DNA of 64,000 bases from an uncultured Caldisericota bacterium (GTDB taxonomy: Bacteria; Caldisericota; Caldisericia; UBA6126), in NCBI GenBank assembly GCA_964427915.1, contig CAYRWA010000053.1:1667-65666 (forward strand). Reading direction: 5' to 3'. A program made the position numbers and the translations under genes. A model generated the notes under the pieces. The model was not told the DNA's origin and made no database searches. It was given only the letters and a program-made list of their open reading frames with translations. Below, in pieces: positions 9,886-18,374 of the stretch; the first letter of the stretch is position 1, and each line of letters opens with the position of its first letter.

Positions 9886-10332
9886 ATGAATACGCAATCC
9901 AACAAACCTATCCCAAGCGAAAAGAATCCAAGAACGATTTTGTATATCTTGGGTGTCAGCGTTCTTGTTATCCTTCTTGCCTGGTGGGCGTATAGTATGT
10001 ATGCTCCTTCTCCAGCAAAAACAGTAAAAGCTTACTTCAATCATATTGCACAAGAACAGTACGAAGAAGCATTTGATTTATTGGCTGGTAATTACCAAAA
10101 GAGTAAAAAAGATGTAGAAACATTCCAGGCTCAGTTTGAAAACTCTAGAAATCATGGAACTGTCTATCTCGGTGTTAAAATCGAGAAGATTACTCCAACA
10201 GAAAGAAAAACCCAAAAGGTAGTTGCTTTTACTCTTCTTACAAGAGAAAAAGGACGAGATACTCAACCACATGGACAATATGTTCTAACAAAACTGGATG
10301 GTGTTTGGAAAATTACCGATTCTTTGAACTGA
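9886..10332 (+). CDS. Membrane-anchored NTF2-like/DUF4878-like protein (tandem paralog)
   Basis: AAGGAG lies 6 nt before ATG 9886. It has a TM helix and then VKAYFNHIAQEQYEEAFDLLAGNY...DGVWKI, the same architecture as 9287-9874. Confidence 0.6.
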   Translation: MNTQSNKPIPSEKNPRTILYILGVSVLVILLAWWAYSMYAPSPAKTVKAYFNHIAQEQYEEAFDLLAGNYQKSKKDVETFQAQFENSRNHGTVYLGVKIEKITPTERKTQKVVAFTLLTREKGRDTQPHGQYVLTKLDGVWKITDSLN

Positions 10333-10359
10333 TTCTTTTGTTTCACTAAAAATAAAGAT

Positions 10360-10388
10360 GCGGGAGCTGTAATTGCTCCCGCTTTTTT
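10360..10388 (+). terminator. Rho-independent terminator
   Basis: A perfect 8-bp stem (GCGGGAGC / GCTCCCGC) with a 7-nt loop (TGTAATT) is followed by T6. It lies 28 nt after the stop at 10332. Confidence 0.85.
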
Positions 10389-10428
10389 ACTATACTTAAA
10401 TAAATTGGTTTAATGAGTAGGGTGCTAT

Positions 10429-11415
10429 ATGAAAAAGAAAATTCTTTTTATTCTTTTAGGAATATTCATTATCGCAGTTGTTTTGATTTGGTTTTTGTTT
10501 GCTTCTGGCATTCATGTTCATGGAACAATTGAAGATGCCACAACACAAAAACCAATACCGAATGTTACAGTTACTTTAGGAAAACAAACCATTCATTCAG
10601 ATATGAACGGAATCTTTGATGCATACACTTCCATGATGCCAAAACAAATCATTACTTTTTCTAAGGAAGGGTATAAGCCTTTATCAAAACGTGTTTCCTT
10701 TTCTTCGATGGTTGAAACTAAGGAGTATAAGATTGTATTGGAACCTTTATCTTATATGAATATTATTCATTCAGCCACAGAAGATATTCAGAAGTACTCC
10801 TCTTTCATTTTTCAATCGTCTTGGCAGCAATACATTGATATGCCTGACCAGGAAATCACCTATACAAAATATATGGTGGATTCACAGGGTGTGATCTATT
10901 GCAAAATGCTAACAGATGATAACAAAGGCAATGCGGTTTCTGAGAAAGAGATCGTAATTGCTAAGCAGAAAATTTATTATAAAACTTTAAAAGATGCTGA
11001 TTGGGTTTCTTTTGATGCTTCTGAAATTCGTGGAACCGAATTGCAAAAACCCCAAGATCTTTTAATTCTTTTCAATGCTTCTATGGAGGATCCTTCAGAA
11101 TTCCGTGAGGAGGGATTGGTTACCTGGTATATTAACGAAGATGGCTCTATAACAAACGAACCTGTGAATAATGAAAATCCACAACCTTATCTGTTGCGAA
11201 AATTTGTTGCAAATTGGCCCAAGGGGAAGACAGAACAAAGTGCAATACTGTATCTCACAGAAGAAGATTATAATCTTGTAGCAGGAGAGCTTCACATCAC
11301 TGCCCCTATTGGCTTAGACGAAGATAAACCAGGCCGGATGAATCAACAAATTATTACATTTAAAATGAGCCGTATCAATCAGCCGGTCGATATTGGTATT
11401 CCTTCTATAGAATAA
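10429..11415 (+). CDS. Membrane-anchored protein with carboxypeptidase-regulatory-like beta-sandwich domain
   Basis: It has an N-terminal TM helix and then HVHGTIEDATTQKPIPNVTVTLGKQTIHSDMNGIF, a CarboxypepD_reg-type pattern. The remainder is unassigned. Confidence 0.55.
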   Translation: MKKKILFILLGIFIIAVVLIWFLFASGIHVHGTIEDATTQKPIPNVTVTLGKQTIHSDMNGIFDAYTSMMPKQIITFSKEGYKPLSKRVSFSSMVETKEYKIVLEPLSYMNIIHSATEDIQKYSSFIFQSSWQQYIDMPDQEITYTKYMVDSQGVIYCKMLTDDNKGNAVSEKEIVIAKQKIYYKTLKDADWVSFDASEIRGTELQKPQDLLILFNASMEDPSEFREEGLVTWYINEDGSITNEPVNNENPQPYLLRKFVANWPKGKTEQSAILYLTEEDYNLVAGELHITAPIGLDEDKPGRMNQQIITFKMSRINQPVDIGIPSIE

Positions 11416-11452
11416 CCACTTTGCTTCAACGTAGCAGCAATGTACCTAGGCT

Positions 11453-11899
11453 TTATGGTACAAAACATTTGTTATGTCGAATTGTAACAACCATTCCTGT
11501 TTGGATGTCTTGAAAAAACTGAGGATCTATGTCAGAAACAAAAGGAATGCCAGCTACAATTGCTCCTTCTACTAAATTGTAGTCGGGAGAATGAAGAGTA
11601 ACAATTGCCAAAGGTCCCTTGTTTCGTTGAGCCAATGAAGACAAGATAACGCAACCACTTGAAGATCCTTTTGAAGAGTGAAAAGCAAAAATGGTATGGG
11701 CGATCTGTAAGGTTTTGCAAGGACTGTCACTTTTTATGATTTCTCCCGAGTTGCTATCAATATCTCCTAAAAATGAAAAACTATGAGGACAAACAATACA
11801 GCTACCCGTAATATCTTGCATCATACCTTCTTTTTCATTACTCGACTGGCCCGTTTTCCCAACCAAAATTCGGTTTCCCTTAAAATACTTCATAATCAT
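11453..11899 (-). CDS. Aconitase X swivel-domain subunit (DUF126 family)
   Basis: It resembles the small AcnX subunit (FSFLGDIDSNSGEII..., SSKGSSSGCVIL..., PLAIV). It lies immediately downstream of the DUF521 subunit. The start is taken at an internal Met (MIMKYF) that overlaps the upstream stop. Confidence 0.7.
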   Translation of the reverse strand: MIMKYFKGNRILVGKTGQSSNEKEGMMQDITGSCIVCPHSFSFLGDIDSNSGEIIKSDSPCKTLQIAHTIFAFHSSKGSSSGCVILSSLAQRNKGPLAIVTLHSPDYNLVEGAIVAGIPFVSDIDPQFFQDIQTGMVVTIRHNKCFVP

Positions 11900-13178
11900 C
11901 TTCCTTCTGGCTATGCAATGGTACGCGTTTTCCTTTAACGGCACTTTCTATACATTGATGTGTGGAGAGCAATGCTGTTTTTACACCCAAAAGGTTTCTA
12001 GAGTAATGTAGCATTTTTAAACTATTAGAAAGCATAGTTGAAAAACATGGATATGGGAGATTGTATTGGTCGCAAATGTTTTTTCGCATATGGGATTCTA
12101 CGGGGCATGTGTCAGCAACTACCTTGATTCCTGACTTGTGGAGTTTGTCTACGTATCCGCAGTGAGATGCTTGTAGTTTTGTCATACGATTTGTGCAAAT
12201 CCAAAAAGTAACATCTGCATGAATGGTTTTCGATTCCATTTTTTCCACCACATATCTAATCAATTCTAGGTTTGCATGTGGGCAGCCCAATACCACAAAA
12301 TCAATAGGTTGGTTTTCGTGAATCATTTGAAATCTTTGTTGGGCGTTTTCGATTTCATGATAAGATAGAAGCACTCTATTTGAGGAGGTTTTGTGAAGCT
12401 CTTTGTAAATCTTGGCTTCAGGTGTCACTCCTTCCATGTGAAAAAGTGTTACAGAACCAGAGGTAGCCATTGCAGCGCCAAAGGATATCATCTGGGACAT
12501 AGTAGGTTGCTTTGGGTCTGAATGACAAATGTAGGGTACTTGATCCTGTGCTTTTTCACCAATAATATAGCCCAAAATAGACCATTGGTCGGTTCTAGAT
12601 AGATGCTTCGCTTCCAGAGACACATCAAAGAAACAAGTGGGAGTTCTGTTTTCGTCCAATAGATATCCCATGGCAGGGTATTTACCAGTTATGGAGGAAT
12701 ACCTTGTAAACAAACCCCCTCTATTTGTTTTGGCTCCAAGAAGACTGTTAAAATAAATAATAGCACTACTCTCTACTGAGCTTATGTAGCTTCCCATTGG
12801 AGGAACGAAACCAATTTGCTGTGGTGTACAGGTATACGTTTCTAGGATACCCATTTTTTGGAACGCTAGTTTTGTTTTACGTTGTGTTTCGAAAAGCTGC
12901 TTTGGACAATTGGTAAGGGTAGGGTTTTCCATATCACAACACAAAGTAGAGCTTGTTGTAGGAACCACGACCTGAATAGTTTGATTGGCAAATTCTTCTA
13001 CATCTTCGCAAAAGCCATCATATATTGCCATTTCTGCAGGATAATGGCAGTAGGATATAGGGACTAGCTTTTCTGCTCCAAAAGCGTCTCCAAATTGTAC
13101 CAGACGGTCTAATGCTTGTGCACGAATTGGACCGTATTCACCTTGAAGCATTTTTTTCTCGTCGTCTGTTAATTTCAT
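11880..13178 (-). CDS. Aconitase X catalytic subunit (DUF521 family)
   Basis: The N-terminus MKLTDDEKKMLQGEYGP, the CTPQQ region, SVESSAIIYFNSLLGAKTNRGG and FHMEGVTPEA match my recollection of DUF521/AcnX large subunits. Confidence 0.75.
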   Translation of the reverse strand: MKLTDDEKKMLQGEYGPIRAQALDRLVQFGDAFGAEKLVPISYCHYPAEMAIYDGFCEDVEEFANQTIQVVVPTTSSTLCCDMENPTLTNCPKQLFETQRKTKLAFQKMGILETYTCTPQQIGFVPPMGSYISSVESSAIIYFNSLLGAKTNRGGLFTRYSSITGKYPAMGYLLDENRTPTCFFDVSLEAKHLSRTDQWSILGYIIGEKAQDQVPYICHSDPKQPTMSQMISFGAAMATSGSVTLFHMEGVTPEAKIYKELHKTSSNRVLLSYHEIENAQQRFQMIHENQPIDFVVLGCPHANLELIRYVVEKMESKTIHADVTFWICTNRMTKLQASHCGYVDKLHKSGIKVVADTCPVESHMRKNICDQYNLPYPCFSTMLSNSLKMLHYSRNLLGVKTALLSTHQCIESAVKGKRVPLHSQKEDDYEVF

Positions 13179-14905
13179 TGTTGTGTTTCGCCGCTTTTTT
13201 CTGGGAGAATGTCTAGAAGGAGATATGACTCACTGCCTGGTTCGTGGTATATTGTTTGATGTGCAATTTCAGTATGAATTGCTTCCGCAGGATTCTCTTT
13301 TGTATTGGAATGAGGATAAAACTTAGGGCAGGCAGAGGAACTTATTTCCAATCGGATCTGGTGTCCTTTGAAAAACCGGATGCCAGTGGCCCATAAATCA
13401 ACAGTAAGGTGAATGATTTGGTTCTTTTCTAACCAGTCGGGCTTCTCTAATGAATCGCGATATTCTGCCCGTTGAATTCCGTCACAAAGCTGTATTGCTT
13501 TTCCATTTGGGTACACATCCACCAATTTGGCAGTAAAATCTGTACCGGGAGAAGAGGAACTACATACTATATGTAAGAATACTCTTCCACATACAACACA
13601 GTCCTTTTCCAATGGAGGTGTTGAATAGACTAAAACATCAGGTCTTCTTTCTATTGATTGTTGATCGCACGCTTCTCCTAGCTGTAAACGAACGGGATCG
13701 GTGACATACGGAACAGGATCTTGCGGGTTGTAGTCGTACTGATCAGCAGGTTCTGGTGTTGTTGGCGGGAAGGTTGATAAAACTCCATCCCCATATACAC
13801 TGTTTGCGTTTCCTTGACTATGAAGAAAGTATTTTGTTGTAACAGCTTCTTTTAGGGGCCAATCAGAAAAGCTATGCCATTGGTTTTCCCCCATGATAAA
13901 GATACGGCAACGATCATGTGAATGGTTGTATGGCAATCGCGAAAATTCTTTCCTTGAGTGTATTTCGCCAGCTAGATGATGAGAGAAGAAGAGGAACAAT
14001 TCTGTTTCCAAATCAATAAGAGCATTGGGGCCAAAATCCATATCTCCGCATTTTGTGCTTTTATTCAACTTATGAGGCCAGGGTCCAATAATGAGTTCTT
14101 GTTCTCTTTTTGTTCGGTCTGATTTAGCATTTTTTCTCATACCAGGAAAATTCTTATAGGTAGAAATTCCATCATCATCATACCAGCCACAGACATGAAG
14201 AATAGGGATGTCAACCTCATTCCATTGGTGCATGTAGCAAACCTCTTTCCACCATGCATCCTTTTGGAAGTGTTCCATCCAATGCTTCCAGGTTTTGTTA
14301 TTACTCATCCCGACCTTTTTTGCCATATCTTTTAAGGGACGAAAGTTGTATAATGATGGCCAATCAATAAAGGATATATTTTGATTTGTTTTTCCATGAA
14401 CAAAGAGTCCCCAAACAATCATGTTCCAAAAAAAAGCCCCATTTTGATAGGGGACATTGATAATGGGATCAGGCAAAGGGACAAGTGGTGCAATAGCTTT
14501 TAATGCAGAATGTGAATTGGGTGCTTGGATCCAGGATGTATATCCTTCATAGCTTCCTCCTGTCATTCCAATATTGCCATTGCAAAATGGTTGCCTTGCA
14601 ATCCAATCCAGTGTATCCCAGCCATCCTCTCTCTCGTTTCGAAAAGGTTCCCACTCTCCTTCGCTGTCATACCTTCCTCTGCAATCTTGGAAAACATACC
14701 CAAAACCTCTTTCAACAAACCATTTTTTCATTTGTAATCTTTGAGGGTCGTTATTTCCATAGGGGGTACGTGTGAGAATGATTGGGAAGGAACCCTCTGA
14801 AGAAGGAAGAAAAATATCTGCAGAAAGCAAAACATTGTCTCTCATGGGAATTTTAACATCAATATGGGGGTGAATCGTATATGTTGGGAGTATGTTTGTT
14901 ATCAT
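13175..14905 (-). CDS. CocE/NonD-family hydrolase (S15 X-Pro dipeptidyl-peptidase family)
   Basis: It has LTRTPYG and a GxSYxG nucleophile elbow (GMTGGSYEGY), and its large C-terminal beta-sandwich is typical of the family. Its stop overlaps the AcnX start. ATG 14905 (MITNILP) has a GAGG upstream; the 14941 start has none. Confidence 0.8.
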   Translation of the reverse strand: MITNILPTYTIHPHIDVKIPMRDNVLLSADIFLPSSEGSFPIILTRTPYGNNDPQRLQMKKWFVERGFGYVFQDCRGRYDSEGEWEPFRNEREDGWDTLDWIARQPFCNGNIGMTGGSYEGYTSWIQAPNSHSALKAIAPLVPLPDPIINVPYQNGAFFWNMIVWGLFVHGKTNQNISFIDWPSLYNFRPLKDMAKKVGMSNNKTWKHWMEHFQKDAWWKEVCYMHQWNEVDIPILHVCGWYDDDGISTYKNFPGMRKNAKSDRTKREQELIIGPWPHKLNKSTKCGDMDFGPNALIDLETELFLFFSHHLAGEIHSRKEFSRLPYNHSHDRCRIFIMGENQWHSFSDWPLKEAVTTKYFLHSQGNANSVYGDGVLSTFPPTTPEPADQYDYNPQDPVPYVTDPVRLQLGEACDQQSIERRPDVLVYSTPPLEKDCVVCGRVFLHIVCSSSSPGTDFTAKLVDVYPNGKAIQLCDGIQRAEYRDSLEKPDWLEKNQIIHLTVDLWATGIRFFKGHQIRLEISSSACPKFYPHSNTKENPAEAIHTEIAHQTIYHEPGSESYLLLDILPEKSGETQQ

Positions 14906-15036
14906 GATGCCTCTTTTCAAAAAAAATGCTATTTTTATCATACCACGCCGTGAAAAAAAACACAGTTCGACATGTAGAAACTTTACAAAAACCTTTTTTT
15001 ATCTGAAACTATAGAAAACGAACAAGGAGGATTTAT

Positions 15037-15411
15037 ATGGCAATACAACGATGTTCCACAGAAGAAGAAATCAAGACAGCATTACAAGAATTTCAGGTAG
15101 AAGTGTCTTCTGATGAATTGGATTTAGTGTTGGATGAGTTTGAGTCTGTCTATGAGGATCCTGTAGCCGTTACACTGGCAAATTATATGGATGCTTTGGA
15201 TTCGATCGTGTACGAACAATGTGGTGACTGGGTCGATTATATTGATTATGTCCGTTATATGAAGGATTTGATTGAAAATGAAGAGAATCAATTTAGTCTA
15301 GTGAAGGTAAACGATGGATACTGCATTGTCTATCAAGATATGCCAGAAACCATGGAAGATGACGAAGGAGACGACGAAGAAGAGTGTGAAATAGATCTCC
15401 CGGAAATGTAG
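15037..15411 (+). CDS. Small highly acidic protein with ArdA-like C-terminal motif
   Basis: AAGGAGGA lies 5 nt before the ATG. Of 124 aa, roughly 30 percent are D/E by hand count. The motif DYIDYVRYMKDL...GYCIVY resembles the YIDYxAYGRDL...G-IFEIVY end of ArdA antirestriction proteins. Confidence 0.6.
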   Translation: MAIQRCSTEEEIKTALQEFQVEVSSDELDLVLDEFESVYEDPVAVTLANYMDALDSIVYEQCGDWVDYIDYVRYMKDLIENEENQFSLVKVNDGYCIVYQDMPETMEDDEGDDEEECEIDLPEM

Positions 15412-15420
15412 CAGAATCTT

Positions 15421-16827
15421 TTATAACTTAATTTTCTTCCTAAGAAGTGTCGGGTTTTCCCCGCCTAAACAAGCTGTACATAATTCTTCCAAAGGCAACC
15501 GAAGGCAAACGGGCAGTTTTTCAACGGTCATATAGGTAACAGAATCTGCATTGATTTGTTTAGCAATTGCCTCGGGGCTATCGTTGGTAAATGTGATTAA
15601 TTCTTCTTTGGTAGGAAAATTAACTCCATAATGACAAGGGTTTATAAGGGGAGGGCATGTTGAAAAAAAGTGTACCTCTTTTGCTCCACGGTTTCTAATT
15701 TTTTGAATAATTCCTTTGGATGTAGTTCCTCGAACAATAGAATCGTCTACGAGGAAAACAATTTTTCCCTTTACCACATCTTCAATTGCTCGAACATTTG
15801 CAGCTACTTCATGTTGACGTATGGTTTCATTGGGCTTAATGAAGATGCGACCAATAAAACGATTTTTTTCTAATACATCTTTGTATTCCGCACCAATTCT
15901 TTCTGCGAATACCACTGCTGCAGGTCTAGATGTTTCCGGGATAGGTGCAACAATGATCTTGTCACTGGATCCTTGTAGAGTCTGGTAAAGGGGGCTTTCT
16001 TTGTAAATCTCAGCCAACCGTTTTCCCAAATTACCACGTGCTCTGTTGACTCCAACGCCTTCAATTATGGAGGTTGCACGAGAGAAATAGATCCACTCAA
16101 ACATACAATGCTGAGGAGTTTGTGAATCGAGGATTCGAGATTCCATTTGGAGCTGTGTATCAATAAAAAAGGCTTCGCCACATTTGACATTGTAGACATC
16201 ATCTACGATGCTCTCGATCGCAACGCTTTCAGATGCAAATGCCCAGCAATCTTTGCTTTTACCATATACAAGAGGACGGATGCCGTGAGGATCCCGAAAA
16301 ACGAACAGTCCTTCACCCCGAATAACAGCAATTACAGAGTAAGATCCCAATAAAACTGACATCACTTTGGAAACAGATTCAAAACATTTCTCTTTTGCAG
16401 AACTTTGTTTGGAGCGGTTAAAATAGTATGAAAAAAGATTTAAGATTGTTTCTGCGTCGCAATCTGAATCAGTATATATACGTTTTTCTTCAAGAGCTTC
16501 TCGGATATCGGATTCATTGACAATATGGCCATTGTGGGCTAAACCAATTCCACCGGTGCTATCGTAGAAGGGTTGAGGGTCATGTATTCCTTTGGTTGTA
16601 GGGTAACGAACTTGGGCTACTCCGCATTTCCCTTCTAACGAAGCAAGTACTTCTTGATGAAAGACTTCTGCAACAGTGCCACTGTTTTTCACTAGATGAA
16701 CTTGCGTATGATTGTCGATAAACAGACCAGCTGTATCTTGCCCTCGATGCTGTAGGTCCAATAGCCCATTGTAAAGATCGTATGCAACGTTTTTGTTGCT
16801 TGAAATGATACCAATAACTCCACACAT
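15421..16827 (-). CDS. purF: Amidophosphoribosyltransferase
   Basis: It has the N-terminal nucleophile MCGVIGI, a PRPP-binding loop (VDDSIVRGTT) and a C-terminal Cys motif (CTACLGG). Confidence 0.92.
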   Translation of the reverse strand: MCGVIGIISSNKNVAYDLYNGLLDLQHRGQDTAGLFIDNHTQVHLVKNSGTVAEVFHQEVLASLEGKCGVAQVRYPTTKGIHDPQPFYDSTGGIGLAHNGHIVNESDIREALEEKRIYTDSDCDAETILNLFSYYFNRSKQSSAKEKCFESVSKVMSVLLGSYSVIAVIRGEGLFVFRDPHGIRPLVYGKSKDCWAFASESVAIESIVDDVYNVKCGEAFFIDTQLQMESRILDSQTPQHCMFEWIYFSRATSIIEGVGVNRARGNLGKRLAEIYKESPLYQTLQGSSDKIIVAPIPETSRPAAVVFAERIGAEYKDVLEKNRFIGRIFIKPNETIRQHEVAANVRAIEDVVKGKIVFLVDDSIVRGTTSKGIIQKIRNRGAKEVHFFSTCPPLINPCHYGVNFPTKEELITFTNDSPEAIAKQINADSVTYMTVEKLPVCLRLPLEELCTACLGGENPTLLRKKIKL

Positions 16828-16953
16828 AGTTGTTTATCCTTTCTAGAAAGAAGACCTGTAATAGGATACTTAAAATAGAAAAGAAAAAAAACTTTTTTTT
16901 AAAAAAGAAGATGGAAATGTATACTTTTCCAGTATTCTACAGGAGCTAAAAAA

Positions 16954-18123
16954 ATGAAAAAATTGAATCAAGATTACTGGGTACAAGTTTTGTTGGAATG
17001 GTTTACAAAAAATAAGCGTACCTTGCCTTGGAGAATAGAACGAACCCCCTACAAGGTTTGGGTTTCCGAAATCATGCTTCAGCAAACACGGGTTAATGCA
17101 GTCATTCCTTATTATCAAAGATTTATGGAACGATTCCCGTCAATAGAGTCACTGGGAGACTCTTCTTTAGAAGATGTCTACAAGTTGTGGGAAGGATTGG
17201 GTTATTATTCTCGAGCCAAAAATATGGTTCACTCTGCACGATTGATCGTAGAAAAATATCATGGGGTTTTTCCGGTTGCTTATCAAGACATAGTAAGCTT
17301 GCCAGGAGTCGGAGACTATACAGCTGGCGCGATTATGAGCTTAGCCTTCAATAAGCCCTATCCAGCGATAGATGGAAATGTATTGCGTTTCATTAGTAGA
17401 TTGAACAATGATTTTTCAGATATCACGGAGTCTTCTTATCGAAAAAAAGTGAAAGAAATGATTCAAGGAGTGTATCCTCATGGACAAGCAAGAAACTTTA
17501 CCGAAGCGTTAATGGAATTTGGATCTCTAGTCTGTGTACCTGCGCAACCAATTTGTCCAGAATGTCCCTTGAGAGAGTTTTGCGCTGGGTATAAAGCTCA
17601 GAATCAACTGACTCTACCTGTGAAAAAAAAGAAAACAAAAAGCGTGGTTATTCAGATGAGTGTAGCAGTTGTGGAGTATTCTGGAAAGGTATTGCTAGTA
17701 AAAAGGGAAGAAACGGGCATGCTGGCTAACTTATATGGATACCCATTGTTTTCTGTCTATTCCAAGACAAGTTTTTTAAAAGAACTGAACGATTTCTTAT
17801 CTCAAAGACAAATACCAACTTCTTACAAAGCTACTTATAGGGGGATTGTTGAGCACGAGTATTCGCATCAAATATGGAAAAGCAAAATATATAGTGTAAA
17901 AATTAACCATTTGGATGACATAAAAAAGGATCGATTTGAATCTATAGAAAAACAATGTGTAAAGGATGGGATAAAAAATGAAAATAGTGGAGAAGAGAAA
18001 TGGATGTGGGTAAAAGAAACAGAAACGGATATGTATCCAATTTCTCGTTTTTATAGAAAAGTGGAACGTGTAGTAAGGGAAAAGCGGGATCGAGGAGATT
18101 CGAACTCCCGGTCTCCAGCGTGA
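16954..18123 (+). CDS. mutY: A/G-specific adenine DNA glycosylase
   Basis: It has TLPWR, an HhH-GPD region, GLGYYSRA, a 4Fe-4S cluster C-x6-C-x2-C-x5-C (CVPAQPICPECPLREFC) and a NUDIX-like C-terminal domain. The last ~13 codons overlap tRNA-Asp on the opposite strand. Confidence 0.88.
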   Translation: MKKLNQDYWVQVLLEWFTKNKRTLPWRIERTPYKVWVSEIMLQQTRVNAVIPYYQRFMERFPSIESLGDSSLEDVYKLWEGLGYYSRAKNMVHSARLIVEKYHGVFPVAYQDIVSLPGVGDYTAGAIMSLAFNKPYPAIDGNVLRFISRLNNDFSDITESSYRKKVKEMIQGVYPHGQARNFTEALMEFGSLVCVPAQPICPECPLREFCAGYKAQNQLTLPVKKKKTKSVVIQMSVAVVEYSGKVLLVKREETGMLANLYGYPLFSVYSKTSFLKELNDFLSQRQIPTSYKATYRGIVEHEYSHQIWKSKIYSVKINHLDDIKKDRFESIEKQCVKDGIKNENSGEEKWMWVKETETDMYPISRFYRKVERVVREKRDRGDSNSRSPA

Positions 18124-18158
18124 CAGGCTGGCGTGTTAAACCGCTACACCACGACCCC
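18085..18158 (-). tRNA. tRNA-Asp (anticodon GTC)
   Basis: Hand-folded cloverleaf with a 7-bp acceptor stem (one G-U), D stem GTGT/ACAC, anticodon stem CCAGC/GCTGG, loop CTGTCAC and T loop TTCGAAT. No CCA is encoded. Confidence 0.85.
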
Positions 18159-18165
18159 GTGTGTA

Positions 18166-18240
18166 TGGTGGGCGAAGCAGGATTTGAACCTACGACTTCC
18201 TCGGTGTAAGCGAGGCGTTCTACCACTGAACTATCCGCCC
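18166..18240 (-). tRNA. tRNA-Val (anticodon TAC), CCA encoded
   Basis: Hand-folded cloverleaf with acceptor GGGCGGA/TTCGCCC, D arm GTTC-AGTGGTA-GAAC, anticodon loop CTTACAC, T loop TTCAAAT, discriminator A and an encoded CCA. Confidence 0.85.
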
Positions 18241-18246
18241 TTATTC

Positions 18247-18328
18247 TGCCGAGAGTGGGACTCGAACCCACAAGGATCTCTCCACACGCCCCTCAAGCGT
18301 GCGCGTCTACCAATTTCGCCACCTCGGC
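18247..18328 (-). tRNA. tRNA-Leu (anticodon GAG), long variable arm
   Basis: Hand-folded cloverleaf with acceptor GCCGAGG/TCTCGGC, anticodon stem CACGC/GCGTG, loop TTGAGGG, a long variable arm and T loop TTCGAGT. No CCA is encoded. Confidence 0.85.
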
Positions 18329-18374
18329 GTATGCCTAATATACAGTTTTCAAGGAACAAAAAACTTTTTTGTTA

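Noticed and set aside
16884-16906. An A8-C-T8-A6 tract in the purF/mutY divergent intergenic region could be a hairpin or terminator.
   Set aside because: A pure A/T stem would be very weak. It lies between divergent starts where a terminator makes no sense. It is more likely an AT-rich promoter/UP-element region, and nothing further is supportable.
16828-16953. Possible riboswitch or attenuator leaders were considered upstream of purF, of pyrC (2147-2235) and of rpoB (54984-55097).
   Set aside because: The regions are short (about 90-125 nt) and shared with divergent genes. I could not fold any conserved purine-riboswitch, PyrR-binding or L10-leader-like structure by eye.
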